DNA of 51,348 nucleotides. It comes from Promethearchaeati archaeon. GTDB taxonomy: Archaea; Asgardarchaeota; Heimdallarchaeia; Heimdallarchaeales; Heimdallarchaeaceae. The notes under the pieces were generated by a model that searched no databases, had not been told where the DNA came from, and worked only from the letters and a program-made list of their open reading frames with translations. Of this stretch, positions 37,159-47,426 are shown in pieces. Made by a program: the position numbers and the translations under genes. Position 1 is the first letter of the stretch, and each line of letters starts with the position of its first letter. The DNA lies in contig JABLTJ010000026.1 of NCBI GenBank assembly GCA_013166775.1, positions 1-51,348 on the forward strand, read 5' to 3'.

Positions 37159-38322
37159 ATGGATGAAGACTTTATTATTGAATTTCCAGAAGAGGAAGAA
37201 GAAGATCTTCCAGAGGAGGAAGAATACACCTTTGATAGTGCTCAAGCAGACAAAGAACTAGAAAGTTTTCTTTTAAATCAGAGTAGTACTCCTGATAGAT
37301 TCTCTAGCCATTCTGTTGATTCCTACATACAAAGAGTTCTACGTACCAACCGCATATTGGGGGTAGGTGTTGGTGGAGCGGGTTCAAATGCAATTAACAA
37401 CATTATGGCACGTGGAGGTATAATTGGTGCTACTACTGTGGCAGTAAATACCGATGCTAGACATTTGTTGAGCACTCAAGCTTCAAAGAAGTTACTAATT
37501 GGTCGAGAATTAACTAATGGAACTGGTGCAGGAAATGATCCTAATATTGGTCGAGCTGCAGCCGAAGAAAATGAGGAAGACATACGAGAACTTGTTCGAG
37601 GAAATGATTTAGTTTTTGTTGCATGTGGTTTAGGTAAAGGAACAGGTACTGGTGCAGCACCTTATTTTGCTAGAATTGCTCAAGAAGAAGGGTGTTTAGT
37701 TGTTAGTGTTTGTACTTTACCCTTTGCATCCGAAGGACAATTAAAAATGGAAACAGCTTTAGAAGGCCTTAGAGAACTAGATGATTACTCTAATACCATC
37801 ATTGTAGTACCAAACGAAAAATTGTTGATGTATGCTCCTGATTTTACATTGTGGGATGCCTTCAAGCTTGCAGATGATGTTCTGATTAATGCTGTTGTAG
37901 GTCTTACTGAACTTATTGTCCTTCCAGCTAGAGTCAATGTAGATTTCGCCGATACAAAGAAAATCCTTCGTAGAAGCGGACCAGCAGTTATAGGTGTAGG
38001 TAGAGGAAAAGGTGAGAACAGAGCAATTCAAGCGATAACTAATGCATTATCTAATCCCCTACTTGATATTGATATAACCTCTTCAACTGGAGCATTGGTG
38101 AATATTAAAGCAAACAAAAACATTTCAATGACCGAAGTAGATACCATAACAACAATGATAACTGATCAGATACACCCCAAAGCAGAATTTGTTTGGGGTT
38201 GTAACATAGACGATTCAATACCTGATGACGAGTTATCTGTAACAGTAGTGATAGCAGAAGTTAAATCACCTTATCTCGCTAAACCTGAAGATATTTCTAT
38301 TGAGGCTTTGTGGAGAGATTAA
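37159..38322 (+). CDS. ftsZ: Cell division protein FtsZ
   Basis: 'GVGGAGSNA', 'AVNTD', tubulin signature 'GLGKGTGTG', T7 loop 'NVDFAD'. Confidence 0.96.
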   Translation: MDEDFIIEFPEEEEEDLPEEEEYTFDSAQADKELESFLLNQSSTPDRFSSHSVDSYIQRVLRTNRILGVGVGGAGSNAINNIMARGGIIGATTVAVNTDARHLLSTQASKKLLIGRELTNGTGAGNDPNIGRAAAEENEEDIRELVRGNDLVFVACGLGKGTGTGAAPYFARIAQEEGCLVVSVCTLPFASEGQLKMETALEGLRELDDYSNTIIVVPNEKLLMYAPDFTLWDAFKLADDVLINAVVGLTELIVLPARVNVDFADTKKILRRSGPAVIGVGRGKGENRAIQAITNALSNPLLDIDITSSTGALVNIKANKNISMTEVDTITTMITDQIHPKAEFVWGCNIDDSIPDDELSVTVVIAEVKSPYLAKPEDISIEALWRD

Positions 38323-38388
38323 CTTCTTTTTCTCAATTAATATTTTGTGGGCTTTTTATTCTTTTTTTAAATAATAGTAGTAGTAAAA

Positions 38389-39402
38389 ATGTCACAGTTT
38401 CAGATATATGATACTGAAGAACTTATAACACTTGAATCTAAGACTCAAGCAGTAGCTATTATTGGTTTTTCAGTCTACAAAATGGAAAATTCATCAAAGA
38501 AGTATCTATCTCAGAAGATTTTAAATTATTTAAATTCCTTTAAGTATACGTACGTAACACAAATAACACAGTCTTCAATCAGGTTTTTTTTGTTTGTCCC
38601 TGCTAATAGTGCTGGCGATGTTATTGAGAAAGTTTCAATTCTCTTAAATAAAATTGATAGAATGGGTCAAATTGATCCCTTTCTGGTTTTCACCCCTTTA
38701 AATCACACAAATATTGCAACATCTATTAAAGCACTTTATCATGAACCCATGAAGAGAACAGAAAACCCTCGAATTATTAGAATTGATAGCAAATGCTTAG
38801 TTTTCACATCATTTTCATTTTCAGAGTTTGAAAAGAATGCTGCAAGGAACTACATTAAGGATTTGCTCTCTTATCAACCAAGTACATTGAATTTATCCAA
38901 TTATTTTTCCACGCAAAAGAAAAGAAAAAAATCTGCAACTAACATGATGTTTTTACATATTTTCTCTTCATATGAAGAAGGGGTTACATTTCTAATACAT
39001 TTAGAAAAAATTTCGAAACGATATAAGCAAAAATTATCCTTTTCATTACGTTTTCATCCCTACAATGAAGTTAAAAGAAGAAAGGTTCTTTTTCTCTTTG
39101 GCTTAACGAATTGGTCAAAGGATACTTTCAATTGGAGCGATATGATAAACATTGAGGAACACATTCCCTACCTGAGTTCTTACAAGGAACAACCTTTGCA
39201 GAAGTCACAAACCATTGAAACCAAAACTAGTACAGTTAATGATATTTTAGAAGTAAAGTTGGAACAAATAAAAAATCAAACAGACAAAGTGTCCGAGAAG
39301 CAAGAAGAAGCTCCCCTACAGCCAATTTTCCCATATGGCCAGATTGTTACTGATGAAGATATCAAGAAGTTAGTCAAAAATATTCCTGCACCACCCACAT
39401 AG
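38389..39402 (+). CDS. Hypothetical protein
   Basis: 337-aa ORF directly after ftsZ; no recognised motif. Confidence 0.7.
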   Translation: MSQFQIYDTEELITLESKTQAVAIIGFSVYKMENSSKKYLSQKILNYLNSFKYTYVTQITQSSIRFFLFVPANSAGDVIEKVSILLNKIDRMGQIDPFLVFTPLNHTNIATSIKALYHEPMKRTENPRIIRIDSKCLVFTSFSFSEFEKNAARNYIKDLLSYQPSTLNLSNYFSTQKKRKKSATNMMFLHIFSSYEEGVTFLIHLEKISKRYKQKLSFSLRFHPYNEVKRRKVLFLFGLTNWSKDTFNWSDMINIEEHIPYLSSYKEQPLQKSQTIETKTSTVNDILEVKLEQIKNQTDKVSEKQEEAPLQPIFPYGQIVTDEDIKKLVKNIPAPPT

Positions 39403-39506
39403 ATTCAAAAAGATAATACCTAAATCCTCTATTGGAATAAGCTCTGATAGCGAAATAATCTCAATAAAGAAACGTTGATAAGGACAATTTATCACATCTT
39501 TTAAGG

Positions 39507-39905
39507 ATGAAATTAATGCCATCAAAAAAACCTTCTTCTCCTCGCTCTAAAAGAAAAAGATCTCGAAGGGCTAAACAACCATTAATTTCTCAAGACGACA
39601 TAACAGAGCGTGTAATATATCTACTAAGAGAAGCTGATAGAGTAATTGGAGATGACATAGAGATGGCACAGAAATACGCATTACAAGCAAGAAAGATTCA
39701 GATGCGTACAAGAATAAGATTTCCTTCTCAATGGACTAAGAGATTTTGCAAACAATGTAAATCCTTTCTTTATCCTGGAATCAATTCCCGAGTAAGATTA
39801 TCTTCATCTAACAAGGTAGTAGCAATCAAATGCTTCCACTGTAATGGTTATACCAGGATACCATATTATCAAAATATGGAGGAAAAGAATGAAAACGAAC
39901 ATTGA
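39507..39905 (+). CDS. rnp4: Ribonuclease P protein component 4 (Rpp21/Rpr2)
   Basis: 'ERV..L', 'RFCKQCKSFLYPGINSRVR...CFHC...RIPY'. Confidence 0.93.
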   Translation: MKLMPSKKPSSPRSKRKRSRRAKQPLISQDDITERVIYLLREADRVIGDDIEMAQKYALQARKIQMRTRIRFPSQWTKRFCKQCKSFLYPGINSRVRLSSSNKVVAIKCFHCNGYTRIPYYQNMEEKNENEH

Positions 39906-40149
39906 TAGAATCCGTCATGAACCTGCTAAAATCAGAATTGGTAAAAGAGGGATAACGGAGGGCATAATCTCCGAAGTTGAAGCAGTTCTAAAAAAAGACC
40001 AAGTAGTTAAAGTCAAGTGTTTGAAAATTGTTCCTACCGAGGGGATAAAAGCTATAGCAAATAACATCGCCAATTTAACACATTGTAATGTCGTTGAAAT
40101 AAGAGGAAAAACGTTTATTTTAGTAAGTAAAACTCCTAATCATAAATAA
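39889..40149 (+). CDS. YhbY/CRM domain RNA-binding protein
   Basis: 'IRIGKRGITEGIISEV...VKVK...EIRGKTFIL'; conserved synteny after rpp21. Confidence 0.92.
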   Translation: MKTNIDRIRHEPAKIRIGKRGITEGIISEVEAVLKKDQVVKVKCLKIVPTEGIKAIANNIANLTHCNVVEIRGKTFILVSKTPNHK

Positions 40150-40167
40150 TCAATGGAGATAAGATAA

Positions 40168-41073
40168 ATGGTTCAAATTTTTATCTGTGTGGATTTTGAT
40201 CGAGATTATGGATATCCCATCACCCATTTGAAGCATGCAGTAAGTAAACCGATTCATTTACATAAGCCTGAGTTAATTGATGATCCTCAAGATGCTACTT
40301 CCATTCGAGGAACTGTAGAGGGATTTGATCTTTTTATTCAGCACTTATTGGACGAAAAATTACCAACAACATTCTATTTCGAAGCAAGAAGCATTAACAT
40401 GTTTAATGATAGATACTCTGAGAAAACTAAATTGTTCAAGCTTCCACTTTTTGAACTTGGGGTGCATGGTTATGATCATGAAGATCTCACAGGTGAGGAA
40501 ACAGGGATAAGATTTACTAAACTAGAAGAAGAAGAGATAATTAAGAAAGCACAGATGAATCTTGAAGCTCTTTTTTCAACTAAAATGATTGGTTTTAGAG
40601 CCCCATATATGAGAATTACAAATAATACAACTAATATCTTATCCAATTTAGGATTCGCTTATGATAGTTCTATTTATCAAGAATCTATACGTGCGATTCG
40701 TCCATATTCCATCAATCAGGATTTAATAGAATTTCCAGTTATTAAAACACCAAAGGAAAGTCCAATGAAGGGAATGTATACCTATCTTTGGCCCTTGTTT
40801 GAAGGAAACAGAGAAATTGAGGATACCATAAAGAATTATCTGCGAATTGTAGAAAATTCAAAAATTTTGGATTCTTATATTTCTATTAACCTACATTCCT
40901 GGCACTTTGCATATAATATAAAGCAAGACAGATATTTATCTACAGAAGACATTGTGCATAATATAAACATGTTTGAAAAATTAATTTCAGCCTTAAGCGA
41001 AACTGAAGGGGTTATTTTTTCCACTCCAGGAAAATGGCTTAAAAAGCACAAACAAGATCTAGATCTGTCTTAA
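40168..41073 (+). CDS. Polysaccharide deacetylase family protein
   Basis: 'VDFD', 'HGYDH', 'GFRAPY', 'YDSS', 'LHSW'. Confidence 0.88.
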   Translation: MVQIFICVDFDRDYGYPITHLKHAVSKPIHLHKPELIDDPQDATSIRGTVEGFDLFIQHLLDEKLPTTFYFEARSINMFNDRYSEKTKLFKLPLFELGVHGYDHEDLTGEETGIRFTKLEEEEIIKKAQMNLEALFSTKMIGFRAPYMRITNNTTNILSNLGFAYDSSIYQESIRAIRPYSINQDLIEFPVIKTPKESPMKGMYTYLWPLFEGNREIEDTIKNYLRIVENSKILDSYISINLHSWHFAYNIKQDRYLSTEDIVHNINMFEKLISALSETEGVIFSTPGKWLKKHKQDLDLS

Positions 41074-43371
41074 ATCCTTTTTTATTTTCTTAACTTCAGA
41101 TAATTGAGATATTGTTAGAACTTCTTTCCAGATGTCTTCATCACTTAGAATTTTTTCAAATTCTTGTGTTAATTCGTGTTTTTCTTCCTTAGAGATTTCC
41201 CTTAGAAAGAGGTGTTTTAGTTTCTTATCAATCAGATCCAACAAATTAGTAGAAAGCTTTTCCTCAAAGTAAATTTCAAAGACGATGGAATTTAGTAGTT
41301 CAGTTATGGTTGAGGATAATTGTTTAAAAGAATCATTAGAAAATCCAGTGCTCCTCGAATGTATGCTAAGTAAAAACTCAACGATTTTTTGAACCGAATC
41401 TTGATTAGAACACTTTAAAATGGGGATATTCGCTATTTGATTTGAACGGAAATCATAAAGATTGTATACCTTTTTGTTCATGTATTTAATATAGTAATGT
41501 ATCATTTCTGAATTCAGTACAGTTAGTAAATAAAACCAATTGAGTTTCTTTGAAAATTGATCTTTAAGTGCAATAGTAATTACATCTGTTTCATTAATTG
41601 TTTTTTCTTTCTGATTTGCAACTAGAGCGAATTTATTTTTAGTTGCTTGATAAGGACAAATTATTTTGGTTGCCTTTTCAATGAGGGAGAGAGAACGGTA
41701 AGCTGCATAGTCATAATAATTCTTTAATCTATATTTGTCCTTACTTTGCTCTAACTTTACCCTATGTTTTTCTAAATAGGATTTAATGTTTGGAAAATCA
41801 TTAACGTCCCTATTCTTTAGAAAAATCCAATATTGGTTTCTTTTTTTCCACCAGTATCGTTGAATATCGCTGTTTTTGATCAATAATCTGAGAGTTTGTA
41901 TTTCACTATCTTTCAGATGTAATTTTTCACCGTTTATTCCTTCAAACACATTATTGGTGAGCTGAATTAAACGGAATATACTATTGTTTCCAGTAGAGCA
42001 CCCTTTTCCAATTTCACAAATTCCTTCAAATCGTCTATGTTTCTTATCATCACTTAGTAGGTAATCTGCTTTATGTTCGATTCTTGAAATAATTGCTGGT
42101 TTTTCAAAAACCCATCTATCTTCTGTAAGAGAGGTTTGTTTTACTTTTAGATGCCTAAATCGTTTATTATCAAGTTGCTTTATCAAAGAATTATCTTTGG
42201 ATAGATAAAGATGGAAATTATCTTGAACAGGTTTTCCTCTCTGAACAGTAGTTATTGCGGTATCAATACCAAGCTTATCTTCTGTTTGCTTAAATATGGT
42301 TCTATTACTTCTAAAGTCAATAATTTCAATCAACATTGAATTTCGTAAAATAAAATCCCTTAATGAATTACTATCACAACCCTCCAGCCAATACCTTGGA
42401 GTAATGAAGGAAACAATACCACCATTCTTACATAAATTAATACTTCTTTCCCAGAAGATGTTAGAGATGTCTCCATTAGAATTATATGTTTTATAGAATT
42501 TAGAGAAAAATCTTCTTTCTTCAATTTTTAATCTTTTAACGTTTATATAAGGTGGATTACCTACTATTACATCAAATCCACCAGATTCCATTACATTGGG
42601 GCAGATTTCATTCCAATGGATTAATTTTTGATCTAATAGCCATTGTTTTACTTTTTGTTTATCTTTCTCTGAGATTTTTGATGTTTTGTGATTAATAAAT
42701 ACTGAATCACTATTCTTGCTTGATGTTTGTAAAATAGGAGATATATTACCTGTTAAACAATTTCCTGTTGCAAAATTTATTCTGGGTAAGACTATTTCAT
42801 CTTGTTTCGTGATTTGAAAAGATTTTTCAGCTACTTTTAATTTCGCCAGTTCAACCGATTCTTGCGATAAGTCTACACCATAGATGTTATTGGTAATAAT
42901 TTGCTTAATTATATATTCCTTTACTGAGGATAAATCGCTAGAATGTTTTAGATTAAAATTAGAAGTAATTTCATTAAAATTAGCAAATAAATCTTCATAT
43001 ATATTGAATAAAATATCAAAAGAATGGAGAAGAAAAACTCCCCAACCCATTGCGATATCGCATACGTAGAAAGAAGGCAATATTTCATTAATAACTAATT
43101 TTGCAATATTCTTATTTTCTTCATTTTCTAGTTCTCTCAAAGATTTTAACTGTTTTTTCAAATTTAAGGATATGTTTATTCTATTGATAAGAGAGTTAGA
43201 TATAGCGTTTTTGGTGATATGATACACTATAAAGTTTGGTGTGTAATAAGTACCAGAGCTCTTTTTGCTTGATTCTTTGAGCACTGATTTAAGTTGCATT
43301 TCGCTTCTTTTCAAAGCGTATTCAACTTCCAATCTAGAGTATTTTCTTCCTTCTTCACCCAACAGTATCAA
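41059..43371 (-). CDS. Eco57I/TaqI-like N6-adenine DNA methyltransferase with C-terminal target-recognition domain
   Basis: 'GTYYTP', motif I 'DIAMGWGVFL', 'IYGVDL', 'GFDVIVGNPPY'. Confidence 0.88.
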   Translation of the reverse strand: MILLGEEGRKYSRLEVEYALKRSEMQLKSVLKESSKKSSGTYYTPNFIVYHITKNAISNSLINRINISLNLKKQLKSLRELENEENKNIAKLVINEILPSFYVCDIAMGWGVFLLHSFDILFNIYEDLFANFNEITSNFNLKHSSDLSSVKEYIIKQIITNNIYGVDLSQESVELAKLKVAEKSFQITKQDEIVLPRINFATGNCLTGNISPILQTSSKNSDSVFINHKTSKISEKDKQKVKQWLLDQKLIHWNEICPNVMESGGFDVIVGNPPYINVKRLKIEERRFFSKFYKTYNSNGDISNIFWERSINLCKNGGIVSFITPRYWLEGCDSNSLRDFILRNSMLIEIIDFRSNRTIFKQTEDKLGIDTAITTVQRGKPVQDNFHLYLSKDNSLIKQLDNKRFRHLKVKQTSLTEDRWVFEKPAIISRIEHKADYLLSDDKKHRRFEGICEIGKGCSTGNNSIFRLIQLTNNVFEGINGEKLHLKDSEIQTLRLLIKNSDIQRYWWKKRNQYWIFLKNRDVNDFPNIKSYLEKHRVKLEQSKDKYRLKNYYDYAAYRSLSLIEKATKIICPYQATKNKFALVANQKEKTINETDVITIALKDQFSKKLNWFYLLTVLNSEMIHYYIKYMNKKVYNLYDFRSNQIANIPILKCSNQDSVQKIVEFLLSIHSRSTGFSNDSFKQLSSTITELLNSIVFEIYFEEKLSTNLLDLIDKKLKHLFLREISKEEKHELTQEFEKILSDEDIWKEVLTISQLSEVKKIKKDLRQI

Positions 43372-43470
43372 CTATTATTTACATTGGTTGCTTTTCTCTT
43401 TTTCGTATCATTTTCATTTGATTTGTTCTTAAGCTAGTTTTTTTTAGTACAAAAAGGATAGAATTATGGA

Positions 43471-44031
43471 ATGTCTCCCAGTTTGGATTATTTTGTTTCA
43501 AAGGGTTGTTCTTATCAAGAATTTATTCAAAGAACACCAAAAAATAGAGAGAGATTAGCTAGGGTTTATTCGGAAGTTTCAGTTCCCAAAGATTTAGAAA
43601 GTCAAATCAACGATATTCGCACTCACATTAGGCTACTAGTGTTTGCTGAAAATTGGTGTTCTGATACGGTGTTAACACTACCTATATTGTCTAAGATTTC
43701 CGAAATAAGCGATTATGTTAATTTAATTGTTGTTCCAAGAGACGACGTTATTGAAGAATTCAAGAAAAATTATCTTACTTACGGTAAAGCAAAGATTCCA
43801 GTTGTTCTCTTCTTAATTGATAAAACAGAAGAAATAAACAGATGGATTGAAAGAACACAATATGTTAATCATGAAGTAAAGAAGATAAAATCTCTTGATT
43901 TGAAAAAGGCGGAATCATATAGAAGCGTTATTGAGTTTTATATGTCGAAGGGTACCATTGAGAATACGACAAAAGTACTTGCTTGTGAGTTGATAAAAGC
44001 AGATATTATTGCTCGTTCTACAATGAAGTAA
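43471..44031 (+). CDS. Thioredoxin-fold protein (monothiol WCxD type)
   Basis: 'AENWCSDT...LP', 'KIPVVLF', 'WIER'. Confidence 0.8.
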   Translation: MSPSLDYFVSKGCSYQEFIQRTPKNRERLARVYSEVSVPKDLESQINDIRTHIRLLVFAENWCSDTVLTLPILSKISEISDYVNLIVVPRDDVIEEFKKNYLTYGKAKIPVVLFLIDKTEEINRWIERTQYVNHEVKKIKSLDLKKAESYRSVIEFYMSKGTIENTTKVLACELIKADIIARSTMK

Positions 44032-44049
44032 ACTTAGTAGTTTATAGAA

Positions 44050-44454
44050 TTAACGAAATGATAGAACATTAGCAATTTTACTTGCTGTCCTTTCCATATC
44101 TAGAAATAATAGACCTAATTTAGTATCTGTAGTTGCACTAACAGTTAGAACTGCTATATCACCAGCTTGCATAGTAATAATATATCCATTATCTCCCTCA
44201 ACGAAGATTTTTTTCAGGAGACCCTTGTTAAGCTCAGTTGCTACCCTTTCTCCTAACGAAAGCATTGCTGCAGTCATTGCTGCAAATCTTGTTTCCTCTA
44301 CTCTTTCTAGTACAAGCGACACTATAGGTAAGCCTTCTAGGGACACCACTGCAACATCTACTATGCCTATAGACTTGAATCTTAATTCGTTAATACATTC
44401 CATAAGTTCGTTATTTACTGATTCTAAACCATATTGTGAACTGAACATAGACAA
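44050..44454 (-). CDS. Roadblock/LC7 (MglB-like) domain protein
   Basis: 'VVSLEGLPI...FAAMTAAMLSLGER..EL.KG...VEGDNGY...KLGLLF'. Confidence 0.93.
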   Translation of the reverse strand: MSMFSSQYGLESVNNELMECINELRFKSIGIVDVAVVSLEGLPIVSLVLERVEETRFAAMTAAMLSLGERVATELNKGLLKKIFVEGDNGYIITMQAGDIAVLTVSATTDTKLGLLFLDMERTASKIANVLSFR

Positions 44455-44539
44455 ATTTAGTCACCTTTCTGATTCTTATATCTAACTTCAACATAAAAAC
44501 GCAACAAATAAAAACTGAAATTACGAGGAAAAAAGCGGT

Positions 44540-45421
44540 TTATTTGTATGTTTCGTATATTTCTTTACAAATTTGATCTATTTCTTCTTTTCCTTTTTCT
44601 TCGTCTATAGAAAGTGAATAAGCTTTAGTTGGTGTTATAAAGTTCAATATATCATCTGTAGTTGTTGGTTTGTTGCGATTTATTGAACGAAAGTTATCAA
44701 TAGCTCTAAAATATGTTTCAGGTTCATACATGTAAACTGAGCCGGGGCCAACAATTATAACAGCATTAGATTCTCTAATGCACCAAGCAGGATGAGCAGA
44801 ATTGTTGAAGCTTTCAATTACTATGGTTTGTGATTCTTCCTTTATTTGTTTAAAAGCTGATTCTGTTGCATCTGCATAAAATTGACTGTTCAACGAAAAA
44901 TATTCTTGTTCATTTTTGTATGTTCTTACATCTTTACCCTGTTTTATTATTGTGTCAGTTAAGGAGATATCATTCCAGAATTTTTGATTTCCATATATAG
45001 GTTCGTTTACTATAAATATTGAATCACAATCGCTTGAAGAATCGCAGGTCGAAAATCTTTGAAATAGTGTTACACTGCTCAGATAACGATTATAAAATGT
45101 TTTAATTGAACCTTCCTTAATGAATTCGTAGGAGAGCGCTTGAGTATTTAATCTGTGGACTGGATTAGCAACTGTTGGACTAATTTTACTGGAAGAACAA
45201 GCGAGTAAATCAACTATATCTAAAGAAATGAATTGATTATATTTGTCTACATATTCCTTTATTTTCTCATAATTATAAAAAAGATTATTTCCACTTAAAG
45301 GCTTAAATGGTGTTGTTTTAAAGGAGAGATCTTTTTCAAAGAAATTTATCATTTCTTTTGCGATAGTAGTTTTTCCAGAATTATATTCAAGTAAACCTGC
45401 TACGAAAATTACAAAAGTCAT
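44540..45421 (-). CDS. Predicted P-loop ATPase/GTPase (COG4028-like)
   Basis: 'FVAGLLEYNSGKTT', 'PFKPLSG.N', 'NPVHRL', 'VIESFN'. Confidence 0.75.
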   Translation of the reverse strand: MTFVIFVAGLLEYNSGKTTIAKEMINFFEKDLSFKTTPFKPLSGNNLFYNYEKIKEYVDKYNQFISLDIVDLLACSSSKISPTVANPVHRLNTQALSYEFIKEGSIKTFYNRYLSSVTLFQRFSTCDSSSDCDSIFIVNEPIYGNQKFWNDISLTDTIIKQGKDVRTYKNEQEYFSLNSQFYADATESAFKQIKEESQTIVIESFNNSAHPAWCIRESNAVIIVGPGSVYMYEPETYFRAIDNFRSINRNKPTTTDDILNFITPTKAYSLSIDEEKGKEEIDQICKEIYETYK

Positions 45422-45570
45422 AGAATCTACCAAAAGAAAATGAAAGAGAACTCTTGATATATGTTTCGAAAAAGGACGAGAGTGAATCACCTCTTTTAGC
45501 TAAGTAAAAATAATCACGAATATAGAATTTCATTACAAAAACAATATAAGAGCTGATACATTAAGGCATC

Positions 45571-46284
45571 TTGATACAGATGCGCAATCTGAAAGGAATT
45601 CTTGGTTTATTGGTTATTGGTTTTCTCATTATTTCGACTCAAAACATCTTAGCTATTAGTCAAAGTCAAATTTTCCAAGGAGATGAAGGATCCGTAATAG
45701 AACTAAAAGCTACGCTTGAAACAACTAATCTAAATGAAGGTGAACATGTTCTTGCAATTGAGATAACATTAGTTTCTCTTGGTGCTGATGTAACTGAGAT
45801 AGGTTTTATAATTGTTTATTATCGCATCGGCGAATATTCTGGTGCTATAGATTTCTCAATGCACCAATTATCATCGAGCACCGAAAGATTGAAACAAACG
45901 ACCGTTTTCATCTATGAAAAAGATTGGGAGGATGTTATGCTGGAAATTTCGCTACTGTTCTTTGAAAAAACTGTAGAAGAAGAAATATTTCCCGAAAACA
46001 TGCACTACTATGATTTTCAACCTTATTTCAAAGTAACGCCCAAAAGATTCCTAAAAGAAAATCAGTATATCTTTTTTATACCGATTCTTCTTGTTATAGG
46101 AATATCACATTTTAGTATAATAAAATGGAAAAAACAATCACTTAAAATTCGTGAGATTATGTTTTCTTGTGCTAAATGTGGTTTTGAAAGTAAAATCAAA
46201 GTAAGAAATAACCCACATAACAAAGTATCTCATTCGTGCCCCAATTGCAGTTTTGGTAAATACAATATGCACCTTGTCGAGTAA
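45571..46284 (+). CDS. Single-pass membrane protein with C-terminal zinc ribbon
   Basis: Signal-like N-terminus, TM at about aa 165-185, 'CAKC...CPNC'. Confidence 0.65.
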   Translation: MIQMRNLKGILGLLVIGFLIISTQNILAISQSQIFQGDEGSVIELKATLETTNLNEGEHVLAIEITLVSLGADVTEIGFIIVYYRIGEYSGAIDFSMHQLSSSTERLKQTTVFIYEKDWEDVMLEISLLFFEKTVEEEIFPENMHYYDFQPYFKVTPKRFLKENQYIFFIPILLVIGISHFSIIKWKKQSLKIREIMFSCAKCGFESKIKVRNNPHNKVSHSCPNCSFGKYNMHLVE

Positions 46285-46307
46285 TAAAGTAATAATTTCC
46301 ACATCTC

Positions 46308-46841
46308 TTATTTTAGCAAAAGACGAGTGGAATATTTCTCCTTGAATTTAGTAACCTTTGGTTCTATTATTACCTTACAGTAGGGCTGAGAAGCGTTCAA
46401 TTTGAAATAATTCTGATGATATTTTTCAGCTTTAAAGAATTTGACAAGAGGAGAGACTTCAGTTGTAATTGAGTTTGCCCAAATTTTTGAGTTTTCAAGC
46501 TTTTTTATTTGAGCGTTAGCTATATCTCTCTGCTCTTCATTGTGATAGAAAATAACCGATCTATATTGTGTTCCAACATCATTTCCTTGTCTATTTAATG
46601 TTGTAGGATCATGAATATCAAAGAAAATATCTAAAATGTCTTTGAAGGATATTAAATCAGAATCAAAAGTAATCTGGACGACCTCTGCATGACCAGTTGA
46701 ACCAGAACAAACTTGTTCATATGTAGGATTATCTAGTTGTCCTCCAGAATAACCCGATACAACTTTTTCAACTCCTTTCAAATCAGCATATACTGCTTCA
46801 AGACACCAAAAACAACCACCGCCAATAGTAATATTCTCCAT
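46308..46841 (-). CDS. msrA: Peptide-methionine (S)-S-oxide reductase
   Basis: 'GGGCFWC', 'TGHAE', 'HDPTTLNRQGNDVGTQYRS', 'AEKYHQNY'. Confidence 0.97.
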   Translation of the reverse strand: MENITIGGGCFWCLEAVYADLKGVEKVVSGYSGGQLDNPTYEQVCSGSTGHAEVVQITFDSDLISFKDILDIFFDIHDPTTLNRQGNDVGTQYRSVIFYHNEEQRDIANAQIKKLENSKIWANSITTEVSPLVKFFKAEKYHQNYFKLNASQPYCKVIIEPKVTKFKEKYSTRLLLK

Positions 46842-46992
46842 ATTTATATCACCAATAATTCTATTTTCTCTTCTTCTATAAATAGAGTCACAAAATCTTT
46901 GATAGTTCCACCATTACTCCATAAACTATTAAACACTAGTATGTAACAAAAATTACACTTTCTAAATCAAACTGAAGATAAGGAAATTCTTA

Positions 46993-47373
46993 CTAAAGAC
47001 TTATAATTCGTTGAGCAAATTCTACCATTAGTTTTTCTTTCAATGGATATTCTTCATAGAACTCTTTAGCCCTTTCTACCCACGTTCCTAAATCACCTTT
47101 TGGTGGTGGATCCATCGATAATAAAATGAAAAGAGTTTGACTCGGAATATTTTTGAAAGGTCCTTGAAGATTGTTACTATATTTCCATGCACTTGTAAAA
47201 GATTCTACAGCATTATTCTTTTCATCTTTTATTGAATACAGATTTGCTAGATAAAAATGCCCAAGAGCGTGTTTTGGAAAAAGTTTTACGATTTTTTTAA
47301 AGGTGATTATTGCTGAACCTATCTCGCCTTGTTTTATTTCTGTTAAACCTTTTTCCATTAATTTAGTGGGCAT
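46993..47373 (-). CDS. TPR-containing protein
   Basis: 'AIITFKKIVKLFPKHALGHFYLANLY...AVESF'. Confidence 0.7.
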   Translation of the reverse strand: MPTKLMEKGLTEIKQGEIGSAIITFKKIVKLFPKHALGHFYLANLYSIKDEKNNAVESFTSAWKYSNNLQGPFKNIPSQTLFILLSMDPPPKGDLGTWVERAKEFYEEYPLKEKLMVEFAQRIISL

Positions 47374-47426
47374 TCTTTCTAACCTACTTGAAGGTTATAG
47401 AAGATATTTAGCTATAAAAACACTTG

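Noticed and set aside
41059-43371. Complete restriction-modification or BREX system
   Set aside because: No nuclease, specificity subunit, PglZ or BrxC genes nearby.
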